Source: Ignavibacteriota bacterium (GTDB lineage Bacteria > Bacteroidota > Ignavibacteria > UBA10030). From it: a stretch of DNA of 64,000 nt. Positions 47,622 through 59,356 of this stretch are shown one piece after another. The position numbers were made by a program, and so were the translations under genes. The DNA is taken from contig JAKEEG010000091.1 in assembly GCA_022616555.1 (NCBI GenBank), forward strand, positions 1,016 to 65,015. The letters are read 5' to 3'. Position 1 is the first letter of the stretch. Each line of letters opens with the position of its first letter. The notes below the pieces were generated by a model that ran no database searches, was not told where the DNA came from, and saw nothing but the letters and a program-made list of their open reading frames with translations.

Positions 47622-49810
47622 CCAACTTCTCCTAATGACTGAATTTCTTTATAACGCAACTCGAAGTGCCGCCTGATTGCCGCGTTCTCCGTGCGGCGCA
47701 GGTGCGGATCGCTTACCACCAGATCGAATGCTTCCTTCCGAGCAAGCATCATGAGGTCCCTGTCTTCAACGATATTAGCAATCCTGAATTCCGGCATGCC
47801 GCTTTGTTTCGTGCCGAAGAAATCTCCCGGACCGCGAAGCTGCAAATCTACTTCGGCGATTTTGAAACCATCGGTTGTCTCGACCATTGTCTCCAGCCGG
47901 ACTTTCGCGCTTTTCTTTTCTCTTTGGACGTCCATCTCAGCCAATCCTTTGCTGTGGTCAAACCAGCCGTAATCGGCAATAAGAATGCAATACGATTGGT
48001 CGGCTCCTCTCCCAACGCGCCCGCGTAACTGGTGAAGCTGGGAAAGCCCAAACCGCTCGGCATTCTCGATAATCATTATCGTCGCGTTCGGCACGTCGAT
48101 GCCTACTTCAATGACGGTAGTTGCAACGAGAATGTCAATCGCGCCGGATTTAAACTCCCGCATCACCGCGTCCTTTGCCTCAGTTTTCATGCGTCCGTGA
48201 ATAAGCGCGAGCTTGAGGTCGGGAAAAATTTTGCTCAGACGGTCGTATCCGGCAGTAGCCGCTTTGAGGTCGACTTTCTCAGATTCCTCAATAATAGGGA
48301 ATACAATATACGCCTGCCGCCCCTGTGCAATCTCTTTTTGAACAAAATCGAACACTTTAGCCTTTTGGTCTTCCAACCGCACAGCAGTTTTTATCGGTTT
48401 GCGGTGCGCGGGCATCTCGTCTATGACAGAAACATCGAGGTCGCCGTAGAGTGACATGGCAAGCGTGCGTGGAATTGGCGTGGCGGTCATAACCAAAACA
48501 TCGGGCGGGAGTGCGTTAGCTCCCTTGGCACGAAGAGTTGCGCGCTGCATCACGCCGAAGCGATGTTGTTCATCGATAACGACGAGCCCCAGTTTGCCAA
48601 ACTCCACATGTTCCTGAATGAGCGCGTGAGTGCCAACGACAATCTGCGCGCTGCCTCTATGAATATCATCCAGCACATCCTGGCGCAATTTTCGTTTCTG
48701 CCCGCCGATGAGCAGGCGAACATTGACGGGGAGATTTTTCAGAAACTCCGCGAGCGTACGGAAGTGCTGCTCGGCGAGGACTTCCGTAGGAGCCATGAAA
48801 GCGGCTTGGTAGCCGTTTTCAACTGCAATCAGCATAGCAAGTAGAGCGACAATCGTCTTGCCGCTTCCTACATCGCCCTGTAGAAGTCGATTCATCACTT
48901 TAGGCATTCGCATATCGTCAGAGATTTCTTTCACGACTCGGCGCTGAGCTGTCGTAAGCTCAAACGGTAGCGAATCCACCAATTGCCGGGCGAGCTTGCT
49001 CTCAACTGCAAACGAAATGCCGTTTGTGTCTTCCTTAATAGAGCGTTTGCGAAAAGCGAGCATGAGCTGGAGGAAAAACAACTCGTCGAATTTCAGTCTC
49101 CGCTTTGCCGTCTCTAGCGCTGCTGTGTTTTCCGGAAAATGGATATTGCGTATGGCGAACGGCAGGTCAACTAACTGCCCGCTCTGGCGTATGTCGTTGG
49201 AGAGCGTTTCTTTGATTTCGTGAATATGCGAGTTTAGCGCGTTGCGCAGGATGCGTCGAAATCCCCGGCTGTCCAGCCCGACTTTCGTCAAGTCCGCCGT
49301 TGAAGGATACTTGGGAATAATAGCGCCGGTATTAAACATTTTGCCCCAGTCGGGCTCGTCTTCTTCCATCGCGCCCTTCAGCCGGTCGAATTCAGGATGA
49401 ATGAACTGCACACGCCCGAGTTTATCAAAGTCCGGGTACGACGACAGCGAGAGCAGCTCGCCTTGCTCGAACGCGTCTTTATACCATTGCACGCCCTCAA
49501 ACCAGACGCATTGCAGATAGCCGCTGCTGTCTTTCACCGTTAGGACAAAAAACGAGCGCCTCGATTTTTTGGCGTATTTCACCTCGAAGCGAAACACCTC
49601 GCCAACCACAGTCACCTGCTCGCCTTTGCCGGCATAGCGTTTCAGGTCTTTGATGGGAATAATACGGCTGCGGTCGAGATAATCGCGCGGGAAATAATAC
49701 AACACATCGTGCGCGGAGTGGATACCGATGGATTCCAGCGCCTTCGCGCGCTTCGGTCCAACGCCTTTCAGGTACTGGAGGGGTGAGGTATGTTGGGATG
49801 GGGTCTGCAA
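47618..49810 (-). CDS. recG: ATP-dependent DNA helicase RecG
   Basis: 730 aa with a wedge domain, helicase motifs (GDVGSGKT, DEQH) and a C-terminal domain. Confidence 0.95.
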   Translation of the reverse strand: MQTPSQHTSPLQYLKGVGPKRAKALESIGIHSAHDVLYYFPRDYLDRSRIIPIKDLKRYAGKGEQVTVVGEVFRFEVKYAKKSRRSFFVLTVKDSSGYLQCVWFEGVQWYKDAFEQGELLSLSSYPDFDKLGRVQFIHPEFDRLKGAMEEDEPDWGKMFNTGAIIPKYPSTADLTKVGLDSRGFRRILRNALNSHIHEIKETLSNDIRQSGQLVDLPFAIRNIHFPENTAALETAKRRLKFDELFFLQLMLAFRKRSIKEDTNGISFAVESKLARQLVDSLPFELTTAQRRVVKEISDDMRMPKVMNRLLQGDVGSGKTIVALLAMLIAVENGYQAAFMAPTEVLAEQHFRTLAEFLKNLPVNVRLLIGGQKRKLRQDVLDDIHRGSAQIVVGTHALIQEHVEFGKLGLVVIDEQHRFGVMQRATLRAKGANALPPDVLVMTATPIPRTLAMSLYGDLDVSVIDEMPAHRKPIKTAVRLEDQKAKVFDFVQKEIAQGRQAYIVFPIIEESEKVDLKAATAGYDRLSKIFPDLKLALIHGRMKTEAKDAVMREFKSGAIDILVATTVIEVGIDVPNATIMIIENAERFGLSQLHQLRGRVGRGADQSYCILIADYGWFDHSKGLAEMDVQREKKSAKVRLETMVETTDGFKIAEVDLQLRGPGDFFGTKQSGMPEFRIANIVEDRDLMMLARKEAFDLVVSDPHLRRTENAAIRRHFELRYKEIQSLGEVG

Positions 49811-49820
49811 ATATTCATGC

Positions 49821-49848
49821 GTAGGGGTTGAATATATTCAACCCCTAC
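49821..49848. repeat. REP-like perfect 28-bp palindrome GTAGGGGTTGAATATATTCAACCCCTAC
   Basis: Self-complementary; it encodes the last codons and stop of the RAYT and lies 11 bp upstream of the recG start. Confidence 0.85.
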
Positions 49849-50392
49849 TCCGATTTTTCACATTTATTGGATTTTCTTCGTCGTAGAACCAACGCAAAAC
49901 GTTATCGGCAATGTACTGCCTAATCCTAATCAACTCTTTTTCGTTGCGAATGATATGCTCGTAATAATCTCTCTGCCATTTAAACTCTAATGATTTATTT
50001 CGATGGCTGATTCGTGTCACTGCTGCTTTGTAAGAACGAATAATCGATCCAAGAGATTTTGGAATCACATGCTGATATCTGTTTTGTCGTTGTAGGGGTT
50101 CAATATATTGAACCCCTACCCTGTCTGTTATACACAGAATGCCGTGTATATGATTTGGCATCACAACATGCTCATCCAACTGGACATTCGGAAAATGCTC
50201 GGGAATTTTGACCCAGCATTCGTCGGCAATTTTTCCAATTGAAGACAGATTCATTTTCTCTTCAACAATATTCCCAAATACGCATTCCCGTTCGTACGTG
50301 CAAATCGTTATAAAGTACGCTCCTTCTTGAGAATAATCGTACTCTTTCAACCGTATTGATCGGCGGTGAAATTTCTCAAGGGTATCGCTCAT
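49838..50392 (-). CDS. REP-associated tyrosine transposase (RAYT; IS200-like Y1 HUH transposase)
   Basis: HUH motif (MPNHIHGIL) and a catalytic Tyr region (WQRDYYEHII). Its stop is encoded by a 28-bp REP palindrome, and its start overlaps the stop of the M28 peptidase gene. Confidence 0.8.
   Translation of the reverse strand: MSDTLEKFHRRSIRLKEYDYSQEGAYFITICTYERECVFGNIVEEKMNLSSIGKIADECWVKIPEHFPNVQLDEHVVMPNHIHGILCITDRVGVQYIEPLQRQNRYQHVIPKSLGSIIRSYKAAVTRISHRNKSLEFKWQRDYYEHIIRNEKELIRIRQYIADNVLRWFYDEENPINVKNRSRG
50091..50118. repeat. REP-like perfect 28-bp palindrome GTAGGGGTTCAATATATTGAACCCCTAC (in-frame inside the RAYT ORF)
   Basis: Self-complementary. It differs from the 49821 copy by a symmetric G/C swap and encodes GVQYIEPLQ within the RAYT. 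Confidence 0.85.
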
Positions 50393-52509
50393 TACTTTGC
50401 CGTCAACTTCACCGTCCCAACCTTTGCCATCGTGCGCAAATAGGCGGTCAAATCTGCGAGCGGCAGCGGCTCGAACTCGCCGGAGAGGAAATCGCGAATC
50501 TCCAATATGGATTTATTCTGCCCGAGAAGAATATTCAATTCTGCGCGCATGTGCTGGGGAATGATGTTCAGCGTCGCTCGCTCTACATCCGTAAGGTTCG
50601 CACGGGCGATTGCCGCCTGTTGTCCGCCAAATCCGCCACCACCACCCTGCGTCTGCACGCGCTCGACTATCACCTTACCGGCTTCCTTTTCTTCCGAACT
50701 CATTGCAATTTTCGCAACGGAGGTCTTACGTATCTCAGCTTGCATGCGGTAAAATGCATCGACCTCGTTTTGCAATGTCGTCGCGCGTTTGTCAATCAGC
50801 GATTCGAAGCTTGCAAGCTTTTTCTGTGCGTCTGACGGCTTTGCAAATAAGACGCTTGCCGAACGGATGACACCCTTCTCGACTTCCGCCTGATGGCGGA
50901 CGGCGTTTTGCGCTTCTTTATATGAGTGTGACAACTGCGAGCCGTCGGCAATATCCGTCATGTAGCTGAATCCCTTGCGCTGCGCGGCACCCATGCGTTC
51001 GGAGCCGCGTGTGAATGACTCACCCGCAACACGCATTGCCATCGCATCATCTGCTGAGGCAATCGCGCTGAATGCACCGATTCCCACAACCGCCACACGC
51101 TTGAACTGCGTCGGATCCAGCTTATCGGGCGTATCCTGCGAGGAGTGATACCACATATCTGGCCACGTCACGAACATCACCGCGGGGATGCCGTGCTGCA
51201 TGTACGTCACATGGTCGCTCGAGCCGTAATGTTTGTCGATTTTGATATAGAACGCATCCTGACTACCGTTCGGGGCATGGACGGGCAAAGACGGGCGATA
51301 ACCGTTGGCGCGGTATCGCACGCGCTCGCGGTTTGTTTCGGCAACAAACTCCATAAAGCTCGCGCAGATGTCGTTCAAGTACGAGGGGAACGTATCCGGC
51401 GTGCGCTGGAGTATCCAGAAGCTGCTGCTCGTCGAAAGCCGCAAGCCCTCCATATCGAAATTCAAATCGGCGATGGCTTTGGCTTCGATATCCTTATGCG
51501 CGTTGAGCCATGCGTTGGTGCCGCTGATTTCCGGAACCCAGAGAAAATGAATCGCCCGCTTCGGCGGGGGGAGCTTGCCTTCTTTCACCAATCGAATATA
51601 TGCACGGCCCATTTCGAGCGTGACAGCGCAACCGGAGTTGTCGTCGTTTGCTCCTTGTTTGATGTAGCCTTCATACAAATGCGCGGAAACCATCACCACC
51701 TGATCAGAACTGCCGTCTCCTGGAATTGTCGCGTGGACGGTTTCCAACTCGCCGGGAAACGTCTCAGCCTTAATAATAGAGCGGAGAACGACTTTTTGCC
51801 CTCTGCCAAGATAGCCCACAATCTCGCGAGCAACACGCGGAGCAATCACCCAGCCAAATCCCGCTTCCTTTCCTTCCGGGGCGTTCGCTGAGATGCCCGA
51901 AGACAAAATTTCATCCGGATAGCTATCAGCTCGCAGCGATGTGTAACTTACGACTCCAGCAGCACTGCGGTCGAATACTCCCAGCCGCTGCAATGTATTT
52001 GGACTTGTTGAGCCGAGCACGAGCTTGCCCTTGACGTCCTTTCGCGCATAGTCCTCTTCACGAGCGCCGATGCCGACATCGACCACCTCGGCTGTCACGT
52101 CGCCGGACAAGCTATTTCCAGCAAGTGAAATGGCAACGTCATAGATGTCGTACAGTTTCTTCACCACCGGTTCGACCATCCACAACTCGCCCTGGCTTGG
52201 CTGCCACAAGCGGTTTTGCGCGGGGAATGATTCTATCTCCACGTTACTGAAGCCGTACTCCTTTGCATATTTCGCCATGACTTCGCTCTCGCGAAAATGT
52301 CCTTCGTACTCCGATTTCGGTCGCACGCGTGGATACGGAACAAGCTCCAGCACGTGGTGCATTGCCCTTTCGCCGGAAGCTTCGTTGATGATCGCACGCA
52401 TTTGCTCGTGAGAGAGCAGCGTACGGTCTTCGGCTTCCTGGGAGAAAGTCTTTGTGATAGCAATAATCATAAGACAAAACGTTAACGACAAACGGAAAGC
52501 GCGTCTCAT
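50392..52509 (-). CDS. M28-family peptidase with a PA domain (transferrin-receptor-like aminopeptidase)
   Basis: A signal peptide (MRRAFRLSLTFCLMIIAI), a PA domain and M28 metal-binding motifs (HLYEGY…DDNSG…E). Confidence 0.8.
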   Translation of the reverse strand: MRRAFRLSLTFCLMIIAITKTFSQEAEDRTLLSHEQMRAIINEASGERAMHHVLELVPYPRVRPKSEYEGHFRESEVMAKYAKEYGFSNVEIESFPAQNRLWQPSQGELWMVEPVVKKLYDIYDVAISLAGNSLSGDVTAEVVDVGIGAREEDYARKDVKGKLVLGSTSPNTLQRLGVFDRSAAGVVSYTSLRADSYPDEILSSGISANAPEGKEAGFGWVIAPRVAREIVGYLGRGQKVVLRSIIKAETFPGELETVHATIPGDGSSDQVVMVSAHLYEGYIKQGANDDNSGCAVTLEMGRAYIRLVKEGKLPPPKRAIHFLWVPEISGTNAWLNAHKDIEAKAIADLNFDMEGLRLSTSSSFWILQRTPDTFPSYLNDICASFMEFVAETNRERVRYRANGYRPSLPVHAPNGSQDAFYIKIDKHYGSSDHVTYMQHGIPAVMFVTWPDMWYHSSQDTPDKLDPTQFKRVAVVGIGAFSAIASADDAMAMRVAGESFTRGSERMGAAQRKGFSYMTDIADGSQLSHSYKEAQNAVRHQAEVEKGVIRSASVLFAKPSDAQKKLASFESLIDKRATTLQNEVDAFYRMQAEIRKTSVAKIAMSSEEKEAGKVIVERVQTQGGGGGFGGQQAAIARANLTDVERATLNIIPQHMRAELNILLGQNKSILEIRDFLSGEFEPLPLADLTAYLRTMAKVGTVKLTAK

Positions 52510-52548
52510 ACCAGTATCCTTTCTATATGATAAGCTTGCGGCCACCCA

Positions 52549-53520
52549 TTACAATAATGCTTCTCCAGATTTGAATAGAACGGTTGAAATTGCCGGAAGT
52601 TCTGCTGCGTTGAAAAATTTTTCCTCCCGTGAACGCAATTCAGAAACGAGAATTGACAATCGTAAAAACGTTAAGGAACTCGCCGTCCCAAAACCGTCCG
52701 TTTCAACCCGCGTCCCCACCAAAGAGATTATGTCAATGTACTTCACATAGGGCTTCATCCAGTCTTGGGTGTTCATCGCTTGAAGAAATTCGTATAGCTC
52801 TCGATAAAACACAAAAACGCCCTGCGATTGTTGCATTGGAACAATATCCATTTCTCCGAAATCCATCGTCACGGTTATTGTGCGTTCAGCGGGATTGACG
52901 AGCACCGTTTTCACTTGCGTATAGTACGCATGGGCGGCGCTACGCATGCTATTGATTTTCCATGAATCTGAAATATTTGTCGATTCGCTTTTCTCGAGCG
53001 CGTTCAGCTCCTGTTGCAGGTGCGGCGTCACGATTCGCCGATTTTGCAGCAGCTCCATCTCACGTTGAATATCTTCCGTTCTTTGTTGCTGTTTCGGCGG
53101 CGCTTTTTCTTTCTGCTGTAGCTCCGTCCCGGTCACTTCTTTATACACTTTTCGCATTTCAAGCTTTGCCAACTCATCGCTGAGATTGATTCTTTTCCCG
53201 GCAATGTTATCAAACACCAACGTTTTCTTCAGGAAGGGAATCATATGCGGCAGGTCGAGAAACTCAGGGCTAACGTTGTTCAGATACATCAGAAATCCCG
53301 CACCAACAATGACAAACGCTAACAGGAAGATAGACCCCGTCGCAGTCCGGAACGCACCATACACGATTAACAAGACACTACAGAGCATAAGCCACGTTAA
53401 TATCCCTGCGACAGTCGTCGCCCAGTCGGGTGCAGACTCGTGCTCCCATAGGTTTTTCAAATACCTCAGCGGCACGTAAAACAGTAAAAACAACAATGCA
53501 CCGAATATGATGTAGTTCAT
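52549..53520 (-). CDS. Hypothetical membrane protein
   Basis: Three N-terminal TM helices followed by a coiled-coil-like, Gln/Glu-rich segment. Confidence 0.45.
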   Translation of the reverse strand: MNYIIFGALLFLLFYVPLRYLKNLWEHESAPDWATTVAGILTWLMLCSVLLIVYGAFRTATGSIFLLAFVIVGAGFLMYLNNVSPEFLDLPHMIPFLKKTLVFDNIAGKRINLSDELAKLEMRKVYKEVTGTELQQKEKAPPKQQQRTEDIQREMELLQNRRIVTPHLQQELNALEKSESTNISDSWKINSMRSAAHAYYTQVKTVLVNPAERTITVTMDFGEMDIVPMQQSQGVFVFYRELYEFLQAMNTQDWMKPYVKYIDIISLVGTRVETDGFGTASSLTFLRLSILVSELRSREEKFFNAAELPAISTVLFKSGEALL

Positions 53521-53547
53521 ATCGAGGCTCTAAGCATGTTTGCTGAT

Positions 53548-55200
53548 TTACTTCCTCTCCCAGATAATCTTCCCTCCCAGGACTGTCATATCCACCAGTA
53601 CGTTTTCAATCTTCACGGGATCGATTTTTAAAATGTCATCGGACAGCACCACCAAATCCGCCAGCTTGCCAACTTCAATAGAGCCTTTTGTGTTTTCCTC
53701 GAACGCGGCGTAGGCGTTGTCGATCGTATAGGCGCGGACAGCTTGCTTGACGTTTATCTTTTGTTCTGGAATCCAGCCGTTCGGCGTCGCTCCATCGAGC
53801 GTGCGGCGCGTAACGGCGGCATAAATACCGAGCAAGGGGTTTAGCGGCGCAACAGTCCAATCGCTGCCGAAGGTCAATCTCGCCTTGTTGTCCAGTAACG
53901 ATTTAAACGCATATGTCGTCTTGCAGCGCTCGTAGCCGATGCGCTTTTCCGCCCAGCGGCCGTCGTCGATTGCATGGTACGGCTGCATGGAGGCAATAAC
54001 GCCCAACTCGGCAAAACGTTTCAAATCTTTTGGGTGTAAATGTTGAGCGTGTTCGATGCGGAAACGGCGGTCCCATTTGGGATTCGTCTTGATGATTTTT
54101 TCGTAGAGGTCAAGAATCAAACTATTCGCGCTATCACCAATGGCGTGTATGGACAATTGCAATCCCGCTTTATCAGCTGCGAGCGCCCATTGCTCCAGCC
54201 TTCCGTCCTGCACAATATCCATTGCCAAGCCTCTTGTGGAAGGGTCTGATGTAAATGGCTCAAAGAACAATGCGGTAGAAGAACCGAGCGAGCCGTCGGT
54301 ATAAGCTTTCAGCGAGCCGATGCAAATCCACTCATCGCCGAACGGAACTCTAGCGCCTCCAGCTGCGAGTTGTTCCCATTGCGAAATCGGCAGCCGGCAG
54401 TAGAACCGTGCCGTAAGCTCGCCACGCTCTTTGAGAGTTTCATATGTGCGGAGGTCTGCAGTAGAGGACATATCCTGAATGCTTGTCACTCCCAACCGCC
54501 TTGCCTCCGCTAATGCAAGTCGCGCTGCTTCGAGCATTTCTTCTTCTGTCGATTCGGGGATGATGGCATACACCGCGCTCATCGCTTCGTCTTTCAACAC
54601 GCCAGTTGGCTCTCCAGTCTTTGGATCTTTGACAATTGTGCCGCCCGGGGGATCGGGAGTGTCTTTCGTTATTCCGGCGAGCTTCAGTGCATGGGTGTTC
54701 GCCAGCGCCATATGTCCGTCGTATCTATTTACCATCGCCGGCGTTTTCGTTGTGTAGCGGTCGATGAGTTCCTTTGTTGGAAGTTGCGCACTCGCCCAGC
54801 GGTCATGGTCCCAATCGCCGCCGGTAATCCACCTATCGGGATATTTTTCCGCCCGCTCTTTTATCAGACGCGCAAATTCCGCCTCATCGTTGGCATATTT
54901 TAAATCGACGCTCTGTAGTTGAAATCCTCCGCTCATAAAATGTGTATGGTTGTCGATGAACCCGGGGAGCATGCGCCTGCCCTTCAGATCTACAACTTTC
55001 GTCTGGGCACCGATGTATCGTTTTACCTCGGCGTCAGTACTGACAGCAAGAATTTTTCCATCCAGCACGGCAACCGCTTGAGCTTCGGGCTGTGAATCGT
55101 TTACCGTCCACACGTTTGCGTTCACGAACACAATATCCGCCTGCTGCTGTTGTGAAACCGCAGTGAGAGAAAGCAGAAACAGCATGGCAATTATTCGCAT
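53548..55200 (-). CDS. Amidohydrolase-family protein (Amidohydro_3)
   Basis: A signal peptide, the metal-binding motif DNHTHF and the C-terminal amidohydrolase core. Confidence 0.85.
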   Translation of the reverse strand: MRIIAMLFLLSLTAVSQQQQADIVFVNANVWTVNDSQPEAQAVAVLDGKILAVSTDAEVKRYIGAQTKVVDLKGRRMLPGFIDNHTHFMSGGFQLQSVDLKYANDEAEFARLIKERAEKYPDRWITGGDWDHDRWASAQLPTKELIDRYTTKTPAMVNRYDGHMALANTHALKLAGITKDTPDPPGGTIVKDPKTGEPTGVLKDEAMSAVYAIIPESTEEEMLEAARLALAEARRLGVTSIQDMSSTADLRTYETLKERGELTARFYCRLPISQWEQLAAGGARVPFGDEWICIGSLKAYTDGSLGSSTALFFEPFTSDPSTRGLAMDIVQDGRLEQWALAADKAGLQLSIHAIGDSANSLILDLYEKIIKTNPKWDRRFRIEHAQHLHPKDLKRFAELGVIASMQPYHAIDDGRWAEKRIGYERCKTTYAFKSLLDNKARLTFGSDWTVAPLNPLLGIYAAVTRRTLDGATPNGWIPEQKINVKQAVRAYTIDNAYAAFEENTKGSIEVGKLADLVVLSDDILKIDPVKIENVLVDMTVLGGKIIWERK

Positions 55201-55512
55201 GGATATTCCTTACTCTATGTTGGGGATTGGTCTGATGGCGCAAAAGATAGGGAGAGATTCACTCGGATGAAACTCGCACAACATTTTTTAGCCTGATTCA
55301 AAAAAAGAAGCGTGATTGCCTCTATTGTAGAAGTTACAAAATTCGGAGTGGATTCTACTTTTGAGAACTCGATTACACAAGCAATTAACCTGTTGTAATA
55401 TATGCAGTTACGGCATATCTCATAAAAAAGCACCGTTTCTGGCATGTTTGGTATGAGGTTGGAGCTTCTTGGTTCCAGAACCCAACATTAATCCGGGGAA
55501 GGAAAGTACACA

Positions 55513-56271
55513 TTGGAACTCACAACTTCACATATCAAAAGGGCGCTGACGGTAGCAGGATTCACCATTCTGCTGACAGGCGGCCTCCATGCCCAGGCAA
55601 AATTATCGCTGACGAAAAGCGCCTCAAACACAGTGTCGGTAAACCTTGAAAATAGCGTATCCGTCGCCGCATTACAATTTACGGTCAATGGCTCGTCAAA
55701 CCTGACTCTAAACAGTGCCGGAAAAGCAGGCAGAACACAAGATGCAAGCTGGCAGATACACCAACACCAGGTAAACGATTCGACAGTCAATGTCGTCATT
55801 CTCAACGCGGGGCTCGTGAATATCCCGACAGGCGAAGGCGCGGTTGCTGAGTTTTCATTCTCCGATAACGGATCGGCTCATGTTTCCTACGCCACGTTGA
55901 GCAGAGTCGTGGTAGCAAACCAATTCGCTCGGAAGGTTTCTGTAGAGATTTCCAACGTTACGTGGACAAATTCAATTGCACAAGTTGAAGAGAAAGAATT
56001 CACCTTAGAGCAAAATTATCCTAATCCTTTCAACCCTTCAACGACAATTCGCTACAAATTGGAACAGCCGGGACAAGTAACATTGAACATCTATGATATT
56101 ACCGGACGCGAGGTAAAGCGAGTAATGGACCAATACACTTTTGCAGGAACACACAGCGTGACGTGGAATGGACGGGATGAAGCGGGTTCACAAGTTGCGT
56201 CGGGAGTGTACTTCGCACGGCTGAATATGAACGGCAAGTTTGCAACACTTAAGATGAATCTCACAAAATAA
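55513..56271 (+). CDS. T9SS C-terminal-sorting-domain (Por_Secre_tail) cargo protein
   Basis: An N-terminal signal peptide and a C-terminal stretch of about 80 aa (NPFNPSTTIRYKL…NIYDITGREV…SGVYFARLNMNGKFATLKMNLTK) typical of T9SS type-A CTDs. Confidence 0.75.
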   Translation: MELTTSHIKRALTVAGFTILLTGGLHAQAKLSLTKSASNTVSVNLENSVSVAALQFTVNGSSNLTLNSAGKAGRTQDASWQIHQHQVNDSTVNVVILNAGLVNIPTGEGAVAEFSFSDNGSAHVSYATLSRVVVANQFARKVSVEISNVTWTNSIAQVEEKEFTLEQNYPNPFNPSTTIRYKLEQPGQVTLNIYDITGREVKRVMDQYTFAGTHSVTWNGRDEAGSQVASGVYFARLNMNGKFATLKMNLTK

Positions 56272-56310
56272 CCGCTACACCAACTTACCCTTGCATCTCC
56301 CCCCGATGCG

Positions 56311-56355
56311 GAGAGCCGGTCTCCAAGCGTTATCTGGAGCCGGCTCTCACTTTTT
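56311..56355 (+). terminator. Rho-independent terminator for the T9SS cargo gene
   Basis: A 9–14-bp GC-rich stem (GAGAGCCGGTCTCCA…TGGAGCCGGCTCTC) followed by TTTTT. Confidence 0.6.
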
Positions 56356-56371
56356 GTAACACACTCGTCAA

Positions 56372-56421
56372 AGATGTCCGACTTTTTGCCCAGCTCGCGC
56401 AACGCTAAAAGTCGGACATCT
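56372..56421 (-). terminator. Hairpin terminator downstream of pyrG
   Basis: A 15-bp perfect inverted repeat (AGATGTCCGACTTTT…AAAAGTCGGACATCT) lying 5 bp after the pyrG stop. Confidence 0.5.
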
Positions 56422-56425
56422 AAGT

Positions 56426-58175
<1,750 letters not shown>

Positions 58176-58180
58176 CTTTA

Positions 58181-58939
58181 TTACACTGGTATTGAAGTGC
58201 CTTTCAAAACACGAATTACTTTCTCAACATCCGCCTGTGTGTCAACGGGAATGCTATCGAACTCCGTAATGGCTACTTTAATTTTCATCCCCGCCTCAAG
58301 GGCGCGCAACTGCTCCAACTTTTCCGCTTTTTCGAGTGGTGACTCAGGCAGCGATGCGTACTTCAGTAACGATTCGCGGCGATAGACATACAGCCCGATG
58401 TGTTTATAGAACGTGTGATGTGCAAGCCAGCTTTTCGGGTCGCTGCTCTCGCGGATGTGCGGGATAGTCGAACGCGAAAAATACAGCGCGTGCATCGAAC
58501 TGTCGAAGACCGTCTTCACGACATTTGGGTTCGTAAGCTCATCGATTGATTCGATTCGCTTCACAAGCGTTCCGATGTGCGATTCCGGCGCATCCAATAA
58601 CGTCTGCACCGCCTGGTCGATCATCACCGGGTTGATCAGGGGCTCGTCGCCCTGGATGTTCACAAACATATCGCCGCGCACGGTTTCAGCGACAGCCGCA
58701 AGGCGGTCGCTGCCGCTGCGAATGTCAGAAGACGTCATCGCCACCTCGCCGCCGAATGACTGCACAACCGCGGCGATGCGCTCATCGTCCGTAGCAACAA
58801 TCACCTTGTGCAGCAATCGAGCTTTCTGCGCTTGCTCATACACCCGCTGCACCATCGGCTTGCCAAGCAAACCCACAAGTGGCTTCGCCGGAAGCCGCTG
58901 CGAGGCGTATCGTGACGGTATGATTCCTACAATGTGCAT
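58181..58939 (-). CDS. kdsB: 3-deoxy-manno-octulosonate cytidylyltransferase
   Basis: MHIVGIIPSRYASQRLPAKPL…NIQGDEPL is the KdsB signature. The start is set at MHIVG rather than at the longer ORF-track ORF. Confidence 0.9.
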   Translation of the reverse strand: MHIVGIIPSRYASQRLPAKPLVGLLGKPMVQRVYEQAQKARLLHKVIVATDDERIAAVVQSFGGEVAMTSSDIRSGSDRLAAVAETVRGDMFVNIQGDEPLINPVMIDQAVQTLLDAPESHIGTLVKRIESIDELTNPNVVKTVFDSSMHALYFSRSTIPHIRESSDPKSWLAHHTFYKHIGLYVYRRESLLKYASLPESPLEKAEKLEQLRALEAGMKIKVAITEFDSIPVDTQADVEKVIRVLKGTSIPV

Positions 58940-59011
58940 GGTTGTTTTTCGGGTAGCCGCAGACTTTATGTCTGCGGTAAAATACCGCAAGCTTAAGCTT
59001 GCGGCTACCGT

Positions 59012-59305
59012 TTATTTCTCCCCAATCACTTTTGGGACTTTAAAAAACTTGTCGTCTTTCGCTGGAGCGTTCTGCAGAGCCTGCTCCTGTGTTAAACCGG
59101 GCTTTACCACATCTTCGCGCAACACATTCTTCAGCTCAATAACGTGCGAAAGCGGCTCGACATTCGACGTGTCCAACTGATTGAGCTTTTCCATATACGC
59201 TAAAATGTCGTTGAACTGGCGCGTGAACTTCTCTTTTTCCTCAGGCGTAAACTCCAGCCGCGCCAGCGCTGCGATTTTCTCAACGTCTTGTATTGTGACG
59301 GACAT
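59012..59305 (-). CDS. gatC: Asp-tRNA(Asn)/Glu-tRNA(Gln) amidotransferase subunit C
   Basis: 97 aa; IQDVEKIAALARLEFTPEEKEKF…VLREDV is the GatC signature. Confidence 0.85.
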   Translation of the reverse strand: MSVTIQDVEKIAALARLEFTPEEKEKFTRQFNDILAYMEKLNQLDTSNVEPLSHVIELKNVLREDVVKPGLTQEQALQNAPAKDDKFFKVPKVIGEK

Positions 59306-59356
59306 AGTTTTTACCGTTGTGACAATGTCATCTTATTTCTACTATCGATAAAGAAA

